A stretch of DNA of 64,000 bases from Centroscyllium fabricii (taxonomy: Eukaryota), in assembly GCA_051313645.2 (NCBI GenBank), contig JBNRSN020000010.1, forward strand, positions 47,740,001 through 47,804,000, written 5' to 3'. The position numbers were made by a program, and so were the translations under genes. Under the pieces are notes generated by a model. The model was not told where the DNA came from and did no database searches. It was given only the letters and a program-made list of their open reading frames with translations. Positions 35,140-47,770 of the stretch are shown piece by piece (positions within the stretch are counted from its first letter, which is position 1; each line of letters begins with the position of its first letter).

Positions 35140-36188
35140 TATACAAAAGCTAGCGCACAGGTACAAAATGTAATCAAAAAGGCTAAGAGAATGATAGCCT
35201 TTATCTCAAGCAGACTGGAATACAAAAGCAAGTGTGTTGTGCAGAGCCTCAGCCAGGCACCATCTGGAGCACTGCATTCAGTTTTTGTGCCAAACCCCAG
35301 GAAAGATATATTGGCCTCAGAGGGGTGCAGCGCAGATTCACCAGAATTATACCGGGGTTTAAAGAGTTACATTATGAGGACAGGCTGCATAAATTTGGCT
35401 TGATCTGGATAGTTTACTCCAGAACTCAGTCATGCTACATAGAAATGGACAGTTTCAGGAAGAGGAGTGTGTGACTGATAGTCAACAGGGTATGGGTGGG
35501 AATCTAGTTGAGACAAGGAAGGAGGAACCCCAGAATCTGTTCCTGTCCAACAGGTACAAGGTACATGACATTTGTGAGGATAAGGAGAAAGGCTGTGGGA
35601 AGGACAACCACAATACTGGCCAAGGTACCATGGACCAGGAGGCAGTTCAAGGGGTGGGGCTGGGGAGCAGAACAGAAAGGTTGTAGTTGTAGGGGATAAT
35701 TAGGGGGATAGATAGCATTCTCTGCAGTCACAATCGAGAGTCCCGAAGGGTGTGTTGACTACCTGGTGCCAGGATAAGGGATATCTCAAAGCAGCTAGAA
35801 AGTAACCTGAAAAGGGAGGGTGAAGACCAGTTGGCGTGATCCATTTTGGGACCAACGACATAGGAAAGAACACGGAGGAAGTCCTGCTGTGGGAGTGTCA
35901 GGAGTTAGGAGCTAAATTAAAAAGCAGGACCTCAAGGGTAGTAATCTCGGGATTATTACCTGAGCCACATGCTAATTGGCATAAGGATAGACAGATCAGA
36001 CAGCTAAATACGTGGCTGAAAGAGTGGTGTGAGAAATGGGGGTTCTTTCTCATGGGGCATTGGCACCAGTACTGGGACAGCAAGGAGTTGTACTGCTGGG
36101 ACAAGCTGCACCTGAGCCAGCATGGGAGCAAAGTCCTAGCAGATTTTGGCAGGAGGAATGAGGATGTCACATACTCATTGGAAAATAA
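35140..36188 (+). mobile_element. CR1 fragments including ORF1 SGNH esterase
   Basis: HFGTNDIG...DKLHL motif; the RT part continues at 45572 after the Harbinger insertion. Confidence 0.8.
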
Positions 36189-36477
36189 GGCCAGAATTTA
36201 TACTTGAGTCGGGTCGGGAGTGTGCGGGCCATGTAGTGGGTCGGAAATGCAATGTCTTGTACAGCCTGCTCTTCAGAGCGACTTTAGCGTAATGGTGCCA
36301 ATTAAACCAGCCATGCGTGTTTCCCGGCCCAATTAAAGGTGTGGGTCTGGTGACGTCTTCGATTACACATTTCCAGTGCCCATATTTAAAGTAGTCTTGC
36401 ACACACTCATTTGTAGATTGGTAAAGGAGTGTAGAAGGAGCAGTGGAAAGGTTGGAGTTATTGTGCAAAGTGAAAAA

Positions 36478-38345
36478 TATGAATAGCCAAAGGCAGAGGG
36501 CTGCACCCCGCTTTACAGATGCCTCGCTGCATATTCTGGACGAGGCAGTAAGAGCACGCAGGGAGGTCCTCTTCCCAGCAGATGGGTGCAAGAGACCTCC
36601 CCAAGAGACAAAAAGGGCCTAGCTGGAAATAGCAGAGGTCAGCAGCAAGGAGGTCATGAGAAAGACCCGGATCCAGTGCAGGAAAAGATTCAATGATCTG
36701 GTGAGGTCAGGAAAGGTGAGTGGAAAGCCACACTCACCTTTATCCTGAGGTGTCTGTCAACACATTCCCATCACTCTGCCTTCCCAAGCCCACTGCACAT
36801 TATTCCATACACCAATATACCTTCCAGATTCACCCATCTCTCTCTTTATGTACATACTCACATCCCCATCTGACTAACCACCCATCACACTCCCCCTCAT
36901 CCTAACACAATCATAGCAAGTAACACCACAGGAGGAGGCCATTTGGCAATGTCGCCCCACTTCCTCATAGTCTCCCTCTACAGCTGTAACCCATCCATTC
37001 CTTACACTCATTCCATCATCTCACTCAAACTTCTCTTCTTTCCCTCCTTGCAGGAGAAAAGAGCCCAGAACAACAGAGAGAGGGAGAGAACCGGAGATGG
37101 ACCTCTAGTCTTCGCACACCTAACAGCAGCAAAGGAGGGGCTCTGGAGATCTCAAGAGTTGGAGAGACACTGGCGGTGGGAGATGGAGAGAGGGAGACAT
37201 TCCAGCAACCTGGTGACAGAATCACATCTCATAAAGCCGCATGGCCTACAACAGACACTCATATGGTGACTGAAGTCAGCAGCCAATGAAATGTCATCAT
37301 GTGCATAATGGTAACGTTACCCATTCTTACAGTAACACTTCTAATTCATCTATTTAGTCTCCCACAGGTCCATCAACTGCCACCCACATGCCCCCACTGT
37401 CCAGCCGGAGGAGGATGACGACTCCTTAGAGGAACCTCCAGCCTCTGAGGGTGCTGCGTCAGCAGACTCAAGTGCACCCAGCACCAGTGCAGATACACAC
37501 ACCTCGGTGGGTCCTGCGAGATAGAGTAGAGTTGTCACCTGGTGTCTCACAGTTCACAAGTGAGCAAGAGCAGATGGTGTTGACAGGGACAGCAGTGGAG
37601 ACTCCTCACCAGAGGGCACAGGACATGCCCAGCTCTGCTGAGCTGTATGTAGACGCTGAACCTCGGGAGCCATCGAGAAAGAGGGTGATCTTGGAAGGGC
37701 AGCAACAATTGCAGGAGGCTCTGGCATCTTTTGCAGCAGTGATGTCTGCAAATGTTTAGAGAATGCAGGAGTCCATCTCCAACATGAGCACCACCATGGC
37801 GCAGGCGATGGCGACGATATACTGTTCCATGGAAAGGATGGCCACCTGCAAGGAGCAGCAAATGCACCAGTCACATGAGCACATGCCAGCTGTGGGCAAC
37901 AGATAGCAGGTGCTCATAGACCTCGTCTCTAGGAGGGATACAAACATAGACTTGTGCATTCATCGCCCCACTGCTGTGCAGCAAAGGGGCTCTCCAGCTC
38001 CTGGCTAGCAGGGAAGTGCGGGTGGCCCATGAGAGGGATGATGGTGAGAGGAGACATGGAAGTGGGGGCTCTTCTCAAATCACTCCCACTTCTCCCCCAT
38101 TGCCTCCCCCTCAGTCAGAACCCCACATGCTTCCTCAGATCCTGATGGCTGAGTCTGCCCCTGCACAGTCGCAGGAGGAACAGACTTTGGCGGGGCAATC
38201 ATAGGCTCCAAAACCCAGAGGACGTCCGCCAAAAGTGTCTGACAAGGGGCAGCAGGGAAGTGAGCAGCCTGTCTCTACCTCTGCTGAAGTCACAGGGGTT
38301 GCACCTTGCAGAAGCACTCTGAAAAGAAAAAATGACAAAAGTAGA
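36478..38345 (+). pseudogene. Harbinger Myb/SANT-like DNA-binding protein, spliced and decayed
   Basis: RAAPRFTDASL..L.EAV..RREVLFP...R..IQCRKRFNDL then a GTGAG donor at 36716; acceptors ttgcag ~37053 and ccacag ~37367. Confidence 0.75.
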
Positions 38346-38970
38346 TGCACAAGAGTACACACATGGGTGCATCAAAAATGTTAGAGTTTAGTTTCAGTTA
38401 TTTTGATGACACACACAAACGGTTTTCTTTGCACCACTTTCAGATCTTGCCCATTTTTTACTCAAAACTTGGAAGCGGCTTTATCACGGAGTGAATGGTG
38501 ACACTGTGGTAACCGTAATTACCAGTATATATATATATGGATGTGCAGTGTTGGGAAAGTTCACACTTAACAAGAGCTAGCTCAAAGTTCAGTTCAATCA
38601 TTTTAAAATGAACTAGTTCAAGTTCATAGTTCATAATTTTGAATTTTGAACTTAAGTTCGCAGCTCAAAAATGAACTAGTTCAAAGTTCTTTTTTTTTTT
38701 CTTTTCTTTTAATGCGCTGCCCCGAGATATTATTTTTCAATAGAACATCCTCTTATCCATCCACTGACAGCCCCCAATCATTGCTACAGCCCATTAAAGA
38801 ATAATAGAAGCTGATTACTTTATAAGTTTTATCACTGAATCATTGTGTCAGTAGTTTCCTATTATGCAGGGGGTAGAGTCAGTTTGGAGCAATGCAAATT
38901 ATGAAGCAGGAGGAACAAATATCCGATATAGAGAACTGTCTGTATGTATATACACAAGCTGAGTATATAG

Positions 38971-39303
38971 GGCGGCACGGTGGCACAGTGCTTAGCACTG
39001 CGGTCTCACAGCACTGGAGACCCGGGTTGAAATACAGCCTCGGGTACTATCTGTGTGGAGTTTGCACATTCTCCCCATGTCTGCGTGGGTTTTTGGCCAG
39101 GATAAATTTACCCTTAGTGTTAGGGGGATTGAATATGTGGGGTTATGGGAATAGGGTGGGAATATGTGTCGGTGCAGGCTCGATAGGGATCGAGGGATAT
39201 GGGGAGAGGGCAGGTTACAGGGTTTGGATGATCAGCCATGATCTCATTGAATGGTGGAGCAGGCTTGAAGGGCTGAATGGCCTACTCCTGCTCCTATCTT
39301 TCT
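38971..39303 (+). mobile_element. V-SINE (HE1-like) inside the hAT element
   Basis: SINE head, partial V-domain and tail. Confidence 0.85.
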
Positions 39304-39471
39304 AAATAGGCAGGTATGTTAGTTAGATCAGAGGTCTCCAGTCCGCGAGACGATTTGAAACCCGCGCATGCGCCGATTCAGCGCATGCAAATGATCGGCG
39401 CATGCGCAGCTGCTGGACGTGCCGTTGCTGAGTGTAGCAAACGGACCAGCGCTGGTAGTGAAAATCCGTGG

Positions 39472-39845
39472 CAACCCACTCCCCACCACCCCCCCCACCC
39501 CACTTCCCACCCCCCCACTCCCCACACCCCCTCCACTCCCCACTCCCCCCCCACTCACCTCCCTCCCCCACTCACCTCCCTCCCCCCCACTCACCTCCCT
39601 CCCCCCCCACTCCCCCCACCCCCACTCACCCCCACTCCCCTCCCTCCCCCCCCCACTCCCCAACCCCCCCACTCCCCCCCCCCACCCCACTCCCCCCACT
39701 GGGATACAAATCTGAGCCCACTCCCCCCCCCCACTGGGATACAAATCCGAGGCTAGCGGTCACGCATGCGCTGATAGTTATTTGAAAATTCGCGGCCCGC
39801 GATCGGTCGCCTAGCAACCCCCCCCCCCCACTGCGATACAAATCG
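39472..39845. repeat. C-rich low-complexity tract with 3 copies of ccccactg(g/c)gatacaaatc
   Basis: Directly visible. Confidence 0.8.
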
Positions 39846-41199
39846 GAGGCCAGCGGCCGCGAAGAAAAGAGAGAGAGAGATAGAGAGAATACATACAAGC
39901 AAAGCACTCACCGTCCCGACGCCGACCCGCATGGAAGGCAGCAGCGAGCGCCGCTCACTCCTTGCAAACTGAGCGACGCTCACATTTTCGCTCAGGCTGC
40001 TGGGAAAGAGCGCGCTCGTTCAGCGTTCACGAAAATGTGAACGCGCTCGTGAACGCGCGCTCATTTAGCGCGCTCACGGCCAACACTGTGGATGTGTTCA
40101 CCTTCAACTCTGTACATTGTGTGTATATATATGGATGTGTTCACCTTCAACTCTGTACATCGTGTGCAAGGCCAGGTCAGCCACACCTCTAACTCCTCCC
40201 CTCAGGTGGGAGCATATAGGTGAGGGCCGCCCTGCCCCCGCTCATTCTCGCCTTGAACTCGACAGGAGACTAGCTCCATTGTAAGTGAATAAAAGCCTGT
40301 AGTTTGGGTAACTACTCATCTTTCGTGTTTGATTGACAATAGGTCAGACACATTATTTAACCTCGAGCATTGGGGCTTTGGGTGAGAGGAAAGGTTTGGT
40401 CATTGTAGGGATGGTTTATGGTGTTGTTGCAGGGGGTGGGGGCACAGTGCAGCATGTGGCAGGCATGTGGCTGCATTGGAGCAAGTTAAATAAATCTGGC
40501 CATGATGAGGCCATCCCAGGCCGCCCAGGAAGCAACGTGCTCCCCTGCTGGTGCTATCTCCACCTCAGGTTCCTCTTCCTCCTCCTCGTCTTGCACCTGC
40601 TCACCCTTCTCCTCCTCCTCCTCCTCTGAAGAGGCTGTGTGCCTTGCTCCTCCTGCAACTCCTATCCTCGCTGCTGCATTATGTTATGCAGCACACAACA
40701 GACAACAGAGATTCTGGACACCTTGGCTGCTGTGTATTTAAGGGCTCCTCCAGAGCAGTCAAGGCATCTGAAGTGCATCTTCAGCATGCTGATTGTTTGC
40801 TTTATGACACATCTGGTGGACATGTGGCTCTCATTATAACGCTCCTCGGCCTCAGTTCTTGACATCCTCAGAGGTGGCATGAGCCACGTCTTCAGTGGAT
40901 AGCCCTCATCTCCAAGCAGTCAGCCGGTAAGTCTGTTTGGAGGTGCAAAGAGCTGAGGGAGGGTGGACTGGTGAAGCAAGAAAGAGTCATGACAGCTGCC
41001 AGGGTATCTGGCGCACAGATGCATGATGATCTTCCTATGGTTGCAGATGAGCTGCACATTGTGGGAGTGGAAGCCCTTGCAGTTCACAAACACTCCTGGG
41101 TGGTGATGTGGTGTCTTCATGCAGTCGATGACACCCTGCACCCGTGGAAAGTCAGCCAGAGCTGCAAAGCCGAGCGCCTGCTCAGTAACACTCGCCTCC

Positions 41200-42345
41200 T
41201 TTAAAAAAAAAATTTGCTTATGGGATCTGGGCATCGCTGGCAAGGCCAGCATTTATTGCCCATTCCTAGTTGCCCTTGAGAAGGTGGTGCTGAGCCGCCT
41301 TCTTGAACCGCTGCAGTCCGTGTGGTGAAAGTATTCCCACAGTGCTGTTAGGACGGGAGTTCCAGGATTTTGACCCAGCAACGATGAAGGATCGGCGATA
41401 TACTTTTAAGTCAGGATGGTGTGTGACTTGGAGGGAAACTTTCAGGTGGTGGTGTTCCCATACACCCGCTGCCCTTGTCCTTTTAGCGGAAGAGGTCGCG
41501 GGTTTGGGAAGTGCTGCCGAAGAAACCTTGGCGAGTTGCCGCAGTGCATCTTGTAGATGGTACACACTGCAGCCACGGTATGCCGGTGGTGGAGGGAGTG
41601 AATGTTTAAGGTGGTGGATGGGGTGCCAATCAAGTGGGCTGCTTTGTCCTGGATGGTGTCGAGCTTCTTGAGTGTTGTTGGAGCTGCACTCATCCAGGCA
41701 AGTGGAGAGTATTCCATCACACTCCTTACTTGTGCCTTGTAGATGGTGGAAAGGCTTTGGGGAGTCAGGAGGTGAGACACTCGCCGCAGAATACCTAGCC
41801 TTTGACCTGCTCTTGTTGCCCCAGTATTTATGTGGCTGATCCAGTTAAGTTTCTGGTCAATGGTGACCCCCCAGGGTGTTGATGGTGGGGGATTCAGTGA
41901 TGGTAATGCCGTTGAATGTCATGGGGAGGTGGTTAGATTCTCGTTTGTTGGAGATAGTCATTGCCTGGCACTTATGTGGCACAAATGTTATCTGCCACTT
42001 GTGACCGAAATAACGACCTCGTGGACGAGTCGTTAAGAGGATGAAACAATTAGGCTTTTATTCACTAAAGGTGGACATGCACCAGCTAGTCGACCGTCCC
42101 CAGGAATGGCAGGGGGAAGGGAGACGGCCACTTATGTACCTGGTCCCGGGAGGGAGGAGTCGCAGGCGGGGCCAGCATGGGCATGTCCAGGTAATCGTAC
42201 ACAGAGAACTATAATACAACATGGTGAATAGTACGATTACAACTATACATATATATACATAAAAGGGTGGATATATATACATAAAGAGTGGTTTACCACA
42301 CCACTTATCAGCCCAAGCCTGAACCTCATCCAGGTCTTGTTGCAT
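41200..42345 (-). mobile_element. LINE 3' portion (family of 787-1312)
   Basis: LTPQSLSTIYKAQVRSVMEYSPLAW; T-rich tail toward 41200. Confidence 0.8.
42000..42300 (-). mobile_element. Solo Gypsy LTR related to element B
   Basis: TG..CA termini, TSD ccact, shares caggtacataag and gtcgactagctggtgcat with the B LTR. Confidence 0.9.
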
Positions 42346-43029
42346 CAGTTGATATAATTGGCTGACTTGTGAAACTTGGAATCAGCCACCTGGGTGATGC
42401 ATCTGTGGACGGCTGACTGCGAGATGCCGCAAATGTCTGCTACAGATCTGTGGAAGGAGCTTGAAGTGAAGAATTTGAGGGCGGTGGTGACTTTGACAGC
42501 CACTGGTAAGGCGTGTCCACCAGGACCTCTGGGCAGCAGTTCCTGTTCCAGCAATCTACAAATGTCTGCGATGACCTGGTGCGATAGCCTGAGCCTCCTG
42601 AAGCACTGCTGCTCTGTCATGTCCAGGAAGCTCATTCTCTGCCTGTATACCCTGTGTTGGGGATATCACCTCTGGCGTGCTGCAGCCCTGTTCTGACCCC
42701 TCTCTCCTGTTGAGAAGGCTGCGGTTGTGGTTGCTGCTGCTGCTGTTGCAGCTGGTGGTGTTGGCGGTGGGACGCATCTTGGTCCGATTCGGAGGACCAA
42801 AGTGAGATAGTATAAGCAGCACCCATGCTGATGTGGTAGATGGCAGGTAAAGTGGAGATCAGCAGGCCAATCTCTCAACGTTGTGATACTGAGTAGCAAT
42901 ATGGTGAGAGTGGCTTCTGAGATTTCAAAAATGTCCTCTAAGCTGCAGACACCCAAATCTGTGGACAAAATAGCATGAGCAAGAGCCTTTCTATGAAGCA
43001 ACTAATGGGGTGTAATGTTTCAGTATTTA

Positions 43030-44475
43030 TCATAGAATCATATTATAGAAATTTACAGCACAGACGGAGGCCATTCAGCCCATCTTGTCCGTGCCGGCCG
43101 ACAAAGACCTATCCACCCTAACCCCACTTTCCAGCACTTAGTCCGAAGCCTTGTAGGTTATGGTACTTCAAGTGCATATCCAAGTACTTTTTAAATGTGA
43201 TGAGGGTTTCTGCCTCTACCACCCTTTCAGACAGTGAGTTCCAGACCCCCACCACCCTCTGGGTGAAAACATTTCTCCTCAAAGCCCTGCTAAACATCTG
43301 ACCAATTACTTTAAATCTATGCCCCCTAGTTAGTGGCCCTTCTGCTAAGGGAAATAGGTCCTTCCCATCCACTGTATCTAGGCCCCTCATACTTTTATAC
43401 ACCTCAATTCGGTCTCCCCTCAGCCTCCTCTGTTTCAAAGAAAACAACCCCAGCCTATCCAATCTTTCCTCATAGCTAAAATTCCCCAGCTCAGGCAACA
43501 TCCTCGTAAATCTCTTCTGCATCCCCTGTAGTGCAATCACATCCTTCCTATAATGTAGTGACCAGAACTACACACAGTATTCTAGCTGCGATCTTTCTAG
43601 TGTTTTATACAGTTCAAGCATAGCCTCCCTGCTCTTATATTCTATGCCTTGGCTAATAAAGGCAAGTATCCTGCATACCTTCTTAACTACCTAATCTACC
43701 TGTCCTGCTACCTTCAGGGATCTGTGGACATGCACTCCAAGGTCCCTCTGATCTTCTGTACTTCTCAGTGTCCTACCATTCCCTTGCCTTGTTAGTCCTC
43801 CCTAAATGCATTACCTCACATTTCTCCAGATTGAATTCCATTTGCTACTGTTCTGCCCACCTGACCAGTCCATTGATATCTTCCTGCAGTCTACAGCTTT
43901 CTTCCTCATTAGCAACCACACGGACAATTTTTGTATCATCTGCAAACTTCTTAATCATACCCCCTACATTCAAGTCCAAATCATTGATATATACAGGAAT
44001 CCCGCCCCAACCGTGGTTTTGCCATACGCGGATTTCATGTATACACGGTTTCCACTCTGCAACAATTTTTGCCAACCGCGGCAGTGAAATTCGCATATCC
44101 ACAGTTTTTAATTTAGGAATAAGGTAATTAACATGATTTTTATGCTTTTTAGATGCTTTTTTATTGTGTTTATACACATTTATACTGAATTTGCCAACTG
44201 CGGTTTTACTAACCGCGGGGGTTTGCAGGGACGTATCCCCCGCAGTTGGGGAGGGATTCCTGTACCACAAAAAGCAAAGGACCCAGTACTGAGTCCCGCA
44301 AAACCCCACTGGAAACAGCCTTCCAGCCACCCTTCGACCATTACCCTTTGTTTCCTGCCTCTGAGCCAATTTTGGATCCAACTTGCCACTTTGCCTTGGA
44401 TCCCATGGGCTTTAACTTTTGTGACCAGTCTGCCATGCAGGACCTTATCAAAAGCCTTGCTAAAATCCATATTCT
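43030..44475 (-). mobile_element. CR1 LINE 3' fragment
   Basis: DFSKAFDKV, FADDTK, YEERL..LGLFSL..RRLRGD; tail gattctatg. Confidence 0.88.
43994..44262. mobile_element. Tc1/mariner (Tigger-like) MITE
   Basis: TIR caggaatccc(g/t)ccccaac, TA TSD. Confidence 0.85.
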
Positions 44476-44482
44476 GGACTAT

Positions 44483-45223
44483 GGCCCAGAAATTCGGGTC
44501 CCCACGTGTGAGTACGCGCTGGGTACTCATGCGTAGGCCCAATGAAAGTGCAGGATTCGTGCATGCACTGCGCATGCGTGGGAAACCGGAACTTCCATTC
44601 CCTTAAAGGAAGGGGTTCACATGTCGAACGAGAGGCAGCGCGTATGCCTGGAACTCTTTTTCCCAGATTTTTCCGGGAAGGTAATCTCCAGGAGCTACAC
44701 ATGTAAAAAGCAGTTGCAAGGCCTGCTTTTAACAAGGGAAGTGGTGAATTAAGAAAAATGAACACAGTTTTTCCACAGGTTTATTATTTTTAAACACTTT
44801 AAAGAAAGGTACGTTTATTTTTAGCCCTGTTAGAAAGTATAATTAATTTTTTCAAAGATTTAAATTATTGATTAATAGTTATGTAATTTATATTTTATTT
44901 TAAAAATGTGATTTAAAAAAAAATGTATTTGAAGTTTTAGATATGTTTTGGGGCTGAATTGTTTTCATAGTTTTGACAAGTCTTCCTGTCAAATTTATGA
45001 ATGGGCATTCCCTGCTACCATTGGCTCTCCATGGCCCATGTGATCCCAGGGGACGCTTCGAACTAACTGCGCCCCTGGGATACGCAAGCACTGCGTGCCG
45101 GCAGTTGGAGCAGGCCCAGGATCGGAACCCCGCACGGGCCCACAGCTCAACGGCTGGCACGCTAGATAAGTGCAGGTCGGAGGCTTGCACCCGCGGGAAT
45201 CCTCCGACCCGAATTTCTGGGCC
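44483..45223. mobile_element. MITE with a Harbinger-like TIR
   Basis: ggcccagaaattcgggtc / gacccgaatttctgggcc; AT-rich centre; TSD unclear. Confidence 0.75.
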
Positions 45224-45953
45224 ATGTGCTTTTCCCAGCTGTCAATGAATGAACTCGCCAATGGCCACTGTGCCTCTGCCTTCCCTTCACAGGTGAGGTA
45301 CCCGAGCTCCGTGAATCCCGTGCTGCTGCAGTAAAATGCAGAAGCTGGCGTAAAATCACTCTTAAGGGTCTGCAAACAAGCACTTAATGATTTCAATGAG
45401 CTCACCCGCCTCTGCCGATTGGCTCCGTGTCACGTCTTCAAAGCTGCCCGAGTTAAATGTACAAGGTGGCGGGATGATGGCGGGTCCCCAATGCGCTCAC
45501 TATTTCCAACAATTGTACTGCCAACCCGCCGTCAAACCTGCATGCATGGCAATGGGAAAATTCTGGCCTAAGAGTCTAAATGGGGTCGAGGTGCAAAAGG
45601 ATCCAAGGGTACAGATTCATAAATCATTAGCAACGCAGGTTAACACAGCTAAAACCTATGCAAAGAAAGCACTGGGGATTATTTCTAGAGGAATAGAATT
45701 CAAAAGCGGATCATCACACTGTACTGTTATTGTATATAGTTCTGTTTAGTGTGTTTGTATATATATATTGTTATATATCTGTTAATTCTGTGGGGACCTG
45801 TCCCGGCTGACCCCGCCTCTGGGTGCTAGTATAAATGAGTACGCTCCGCTCACTTGTCTTCCATACTAGGCGGACTCATCAGGGATACGGTTCAGTTCTT
45901 TGCTAATAAAAGCCTCTTTATTAAGAAACTCGCTTCTGTCATAATTGAGGTAT

Positions 45954-47770
45954 TGTGGCGGTACACCCACGGGGATATCGAATCCGCCAACGGGGCTCCG
46001 CGGAGCAAAGCTCCGCTCATCCGGGTGACGCGACTACGTCATCACGTCGGCCGACGCGATGACGGCACCAACCGCGGGACCGTTTAAATAAGCCTGTCCT
46101 GAGTGGTTCTGCCTCTTCCTTGTATTATAGTTGTTGAGTAAAGATGTGTTTTCTCTAAGCTCTGGCTCCGCGTGGTTTCTAGGCCTGAGGCGCTACAGTG
46201 GTGACCCCGAACTGGAACGAATTCCAGGAAAGAAAAAGCTGCCACAGGATCTGGGACCTCCAGCCAAAGACTTTTCACAGAAACATGGTCAACCCAAGGA
46301 ACCAAGCTCCATGAACGCAAGGAGCTGGACAGAACGCCGGGCGCGGACTTATTTTACCCGCGTTCTGGGAGCAACGGCCAGCGGCCTGGTTTGGCTGCAT
46401 AGAAGCCAGCTGCCGTTCACATGGCATACAAGGGGACGACCGCTACGACTTGGTGTTCACAGCCCTTCCTCAAACGACCATCGATAGGATGTGGTCAAAG
46501 ATCCAGCGCGTGCCCTCTGCAGGCAGGTATGAAACGCTTAAGGCCGCGCTTATTAAGAAGTTTACCCCTTCCCAGTTTGAGCACGACTGCCAGCTCCTGG
46601 ACCTCCCCGAACTCGGGGACACCGACCTATCGGACCTCCTAGGTCAGATGCAGGCGCTGACTCCCAATCCCGCCACCCTATTTCGCACCGTCTTCCTCCT
46701 CAAATTACCCCGCGCCATCAGACCGGCCTTGGCGGCCCTAGGCCATCGCAGCGACGATGAGCTCGGCGAGGAAGCCGACAGGCTGATGGAGGCGCAGCGC
46801 ACCCGCTCCACCACGTGCGAACCTAACTCGGCATCGGTAGAGCGCAGCTATTCACCAGCCTATGCGAACGGTTCCACCGCTCGATGAAGGCATCACTACG
46901 GGCCACGCTGAAAGACGCATCATGGACCGACCGCCTTCCATGGGTCCTCCTCGGGCTGCGCTCGGCAGTCAAAGAAGACCTCAACGCCTCAGCAGCAGAG
47001 CTCGTCTACGGCCAAGCTTTAACGGTGCCGGGCGAATTTCTGGCTGAGGTCAACGCGCCCTGGTCAGCAGACCAATATCTGAAAGACTGGGCAAATCCGG
47101 CACGAGCTTTCCAGCCACTACCAGTGGCCCGACATGGAGAGCCGGCAGCTCGGGTGCCAGAGGACATTAAAAATGCCAAATGGGTGTTCATCCGGCGCGA
47201 TGGACACCGATCTCCAATACAGCCACCTTATGATGGCCCATACAGAGTGCTTCGGGCGGGAGCTAAAACTTTTGAATTACAATTGGGCAACAGAACTGAA
47301 ACTGTAACGATAGACCGGCTCAAGCCGGCACATGTGACAGCGGGCGAGACCACGGTCCCCGCACAACCACCTCAACGCGGTCGCCCTCCCACAACAAAAC
47401 CTGCCCACACTCCAACGCAGAACCAGAGACTACTAGCAACACGGTCCGGCCGCATCATTCGGCCGCCCCAACGGCACACATAGACACTTTGCACTATTAC
47501 TCCCGGACGAATTCTGGGGGGAGCTGTGTGGCGGTACACCCACGGGGATATCGAATCCGCCAACGGGGCGCCGCGGAGCAAAGCTCCGCTCATCCGGGTG
47601 ACGCGACTACGTCATCACGTCGGCCGACGCGATGACGTCACCAACCGCGGGACTGTTTAAATAAGCCTGTCCTGAGTGGTTCTGCCTCTTCCTTGTATTA
47701 TAGTTGTTGAGTAAAAATGTGTTTTCTCTAAGCTCTGGCTCCGCGTGGTTTCTAGGCCTGAGGCGCTACA
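45954..47770 (+). mobile_element. Internally deleted CsRn1-like Gypsy element
   Basis: 244-bp LTRs at 45954-46197 and 47527-47770, 4-bp TSD gtat, PBS tggtgaccccga (complementary to the tRNA-Trp 3' end), PPT; gag LPAFW..P.AWF fused to integrase C-terminus (ERFHR...PPYDGPY). Confidence 0.9.
46199..46211 (+). promoter_or_regulatory. tRNA-Trp primer-binding site
   Basis: tggtgaccccga one nt after the LTR CA. Confidence 0.8.

Larger units (their letters stand above)
38546..40088. mobile_element. Non-autonomous hAT transposon
   Basis: TIR cagtgttgg/ccaacactg, 8-bp TSD tggatgtg, subterminal agttca and gaacgcgctc repeats. Confidence 0.9.
38505..40346 (+). mobile_element. Solo Gypsy LTR (family of 2083-2349) split by a hAT element
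   Basis: tgtggtaacc...aggtca, TSD gacac. Confidence 0.88.
40470..42826 (-). pseudogene. Harbinger (HARBI1-like) DDE transposase, interrupted at 41200-42345
   Basis: RRLRLS...[12 protein letters not shown]...[11 protein letters not shown]; [10 protein letters not shown]; NCKGFHS.NVQ; YPGSCHDSF; GDEGYPL; YNESH..TR.VI.QTI.MLK; CCVLHN. Confidence 0.88.
36189..45568. mobile_element. PIF/Harbinger transposon (decayed autonomous type) with many nested insertions
   Basis: TIR ggccagaattt / aaattctggcc, TAA TSD, flanks rejoin into continuous CR1; convergent Myb/SANT and transposase genes. Confidence 0.88.

Noticed and set aside
39316-39785. Proline-rich protein ORFs
   Set aside because: Translations of a C-rich low-complexity tract.
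40470-42826. Domesticated host gene HARBI1
   Set aside because: It has stops and frameshifts, is interrupted by insertions, and lies inside TIRs with a TSD.
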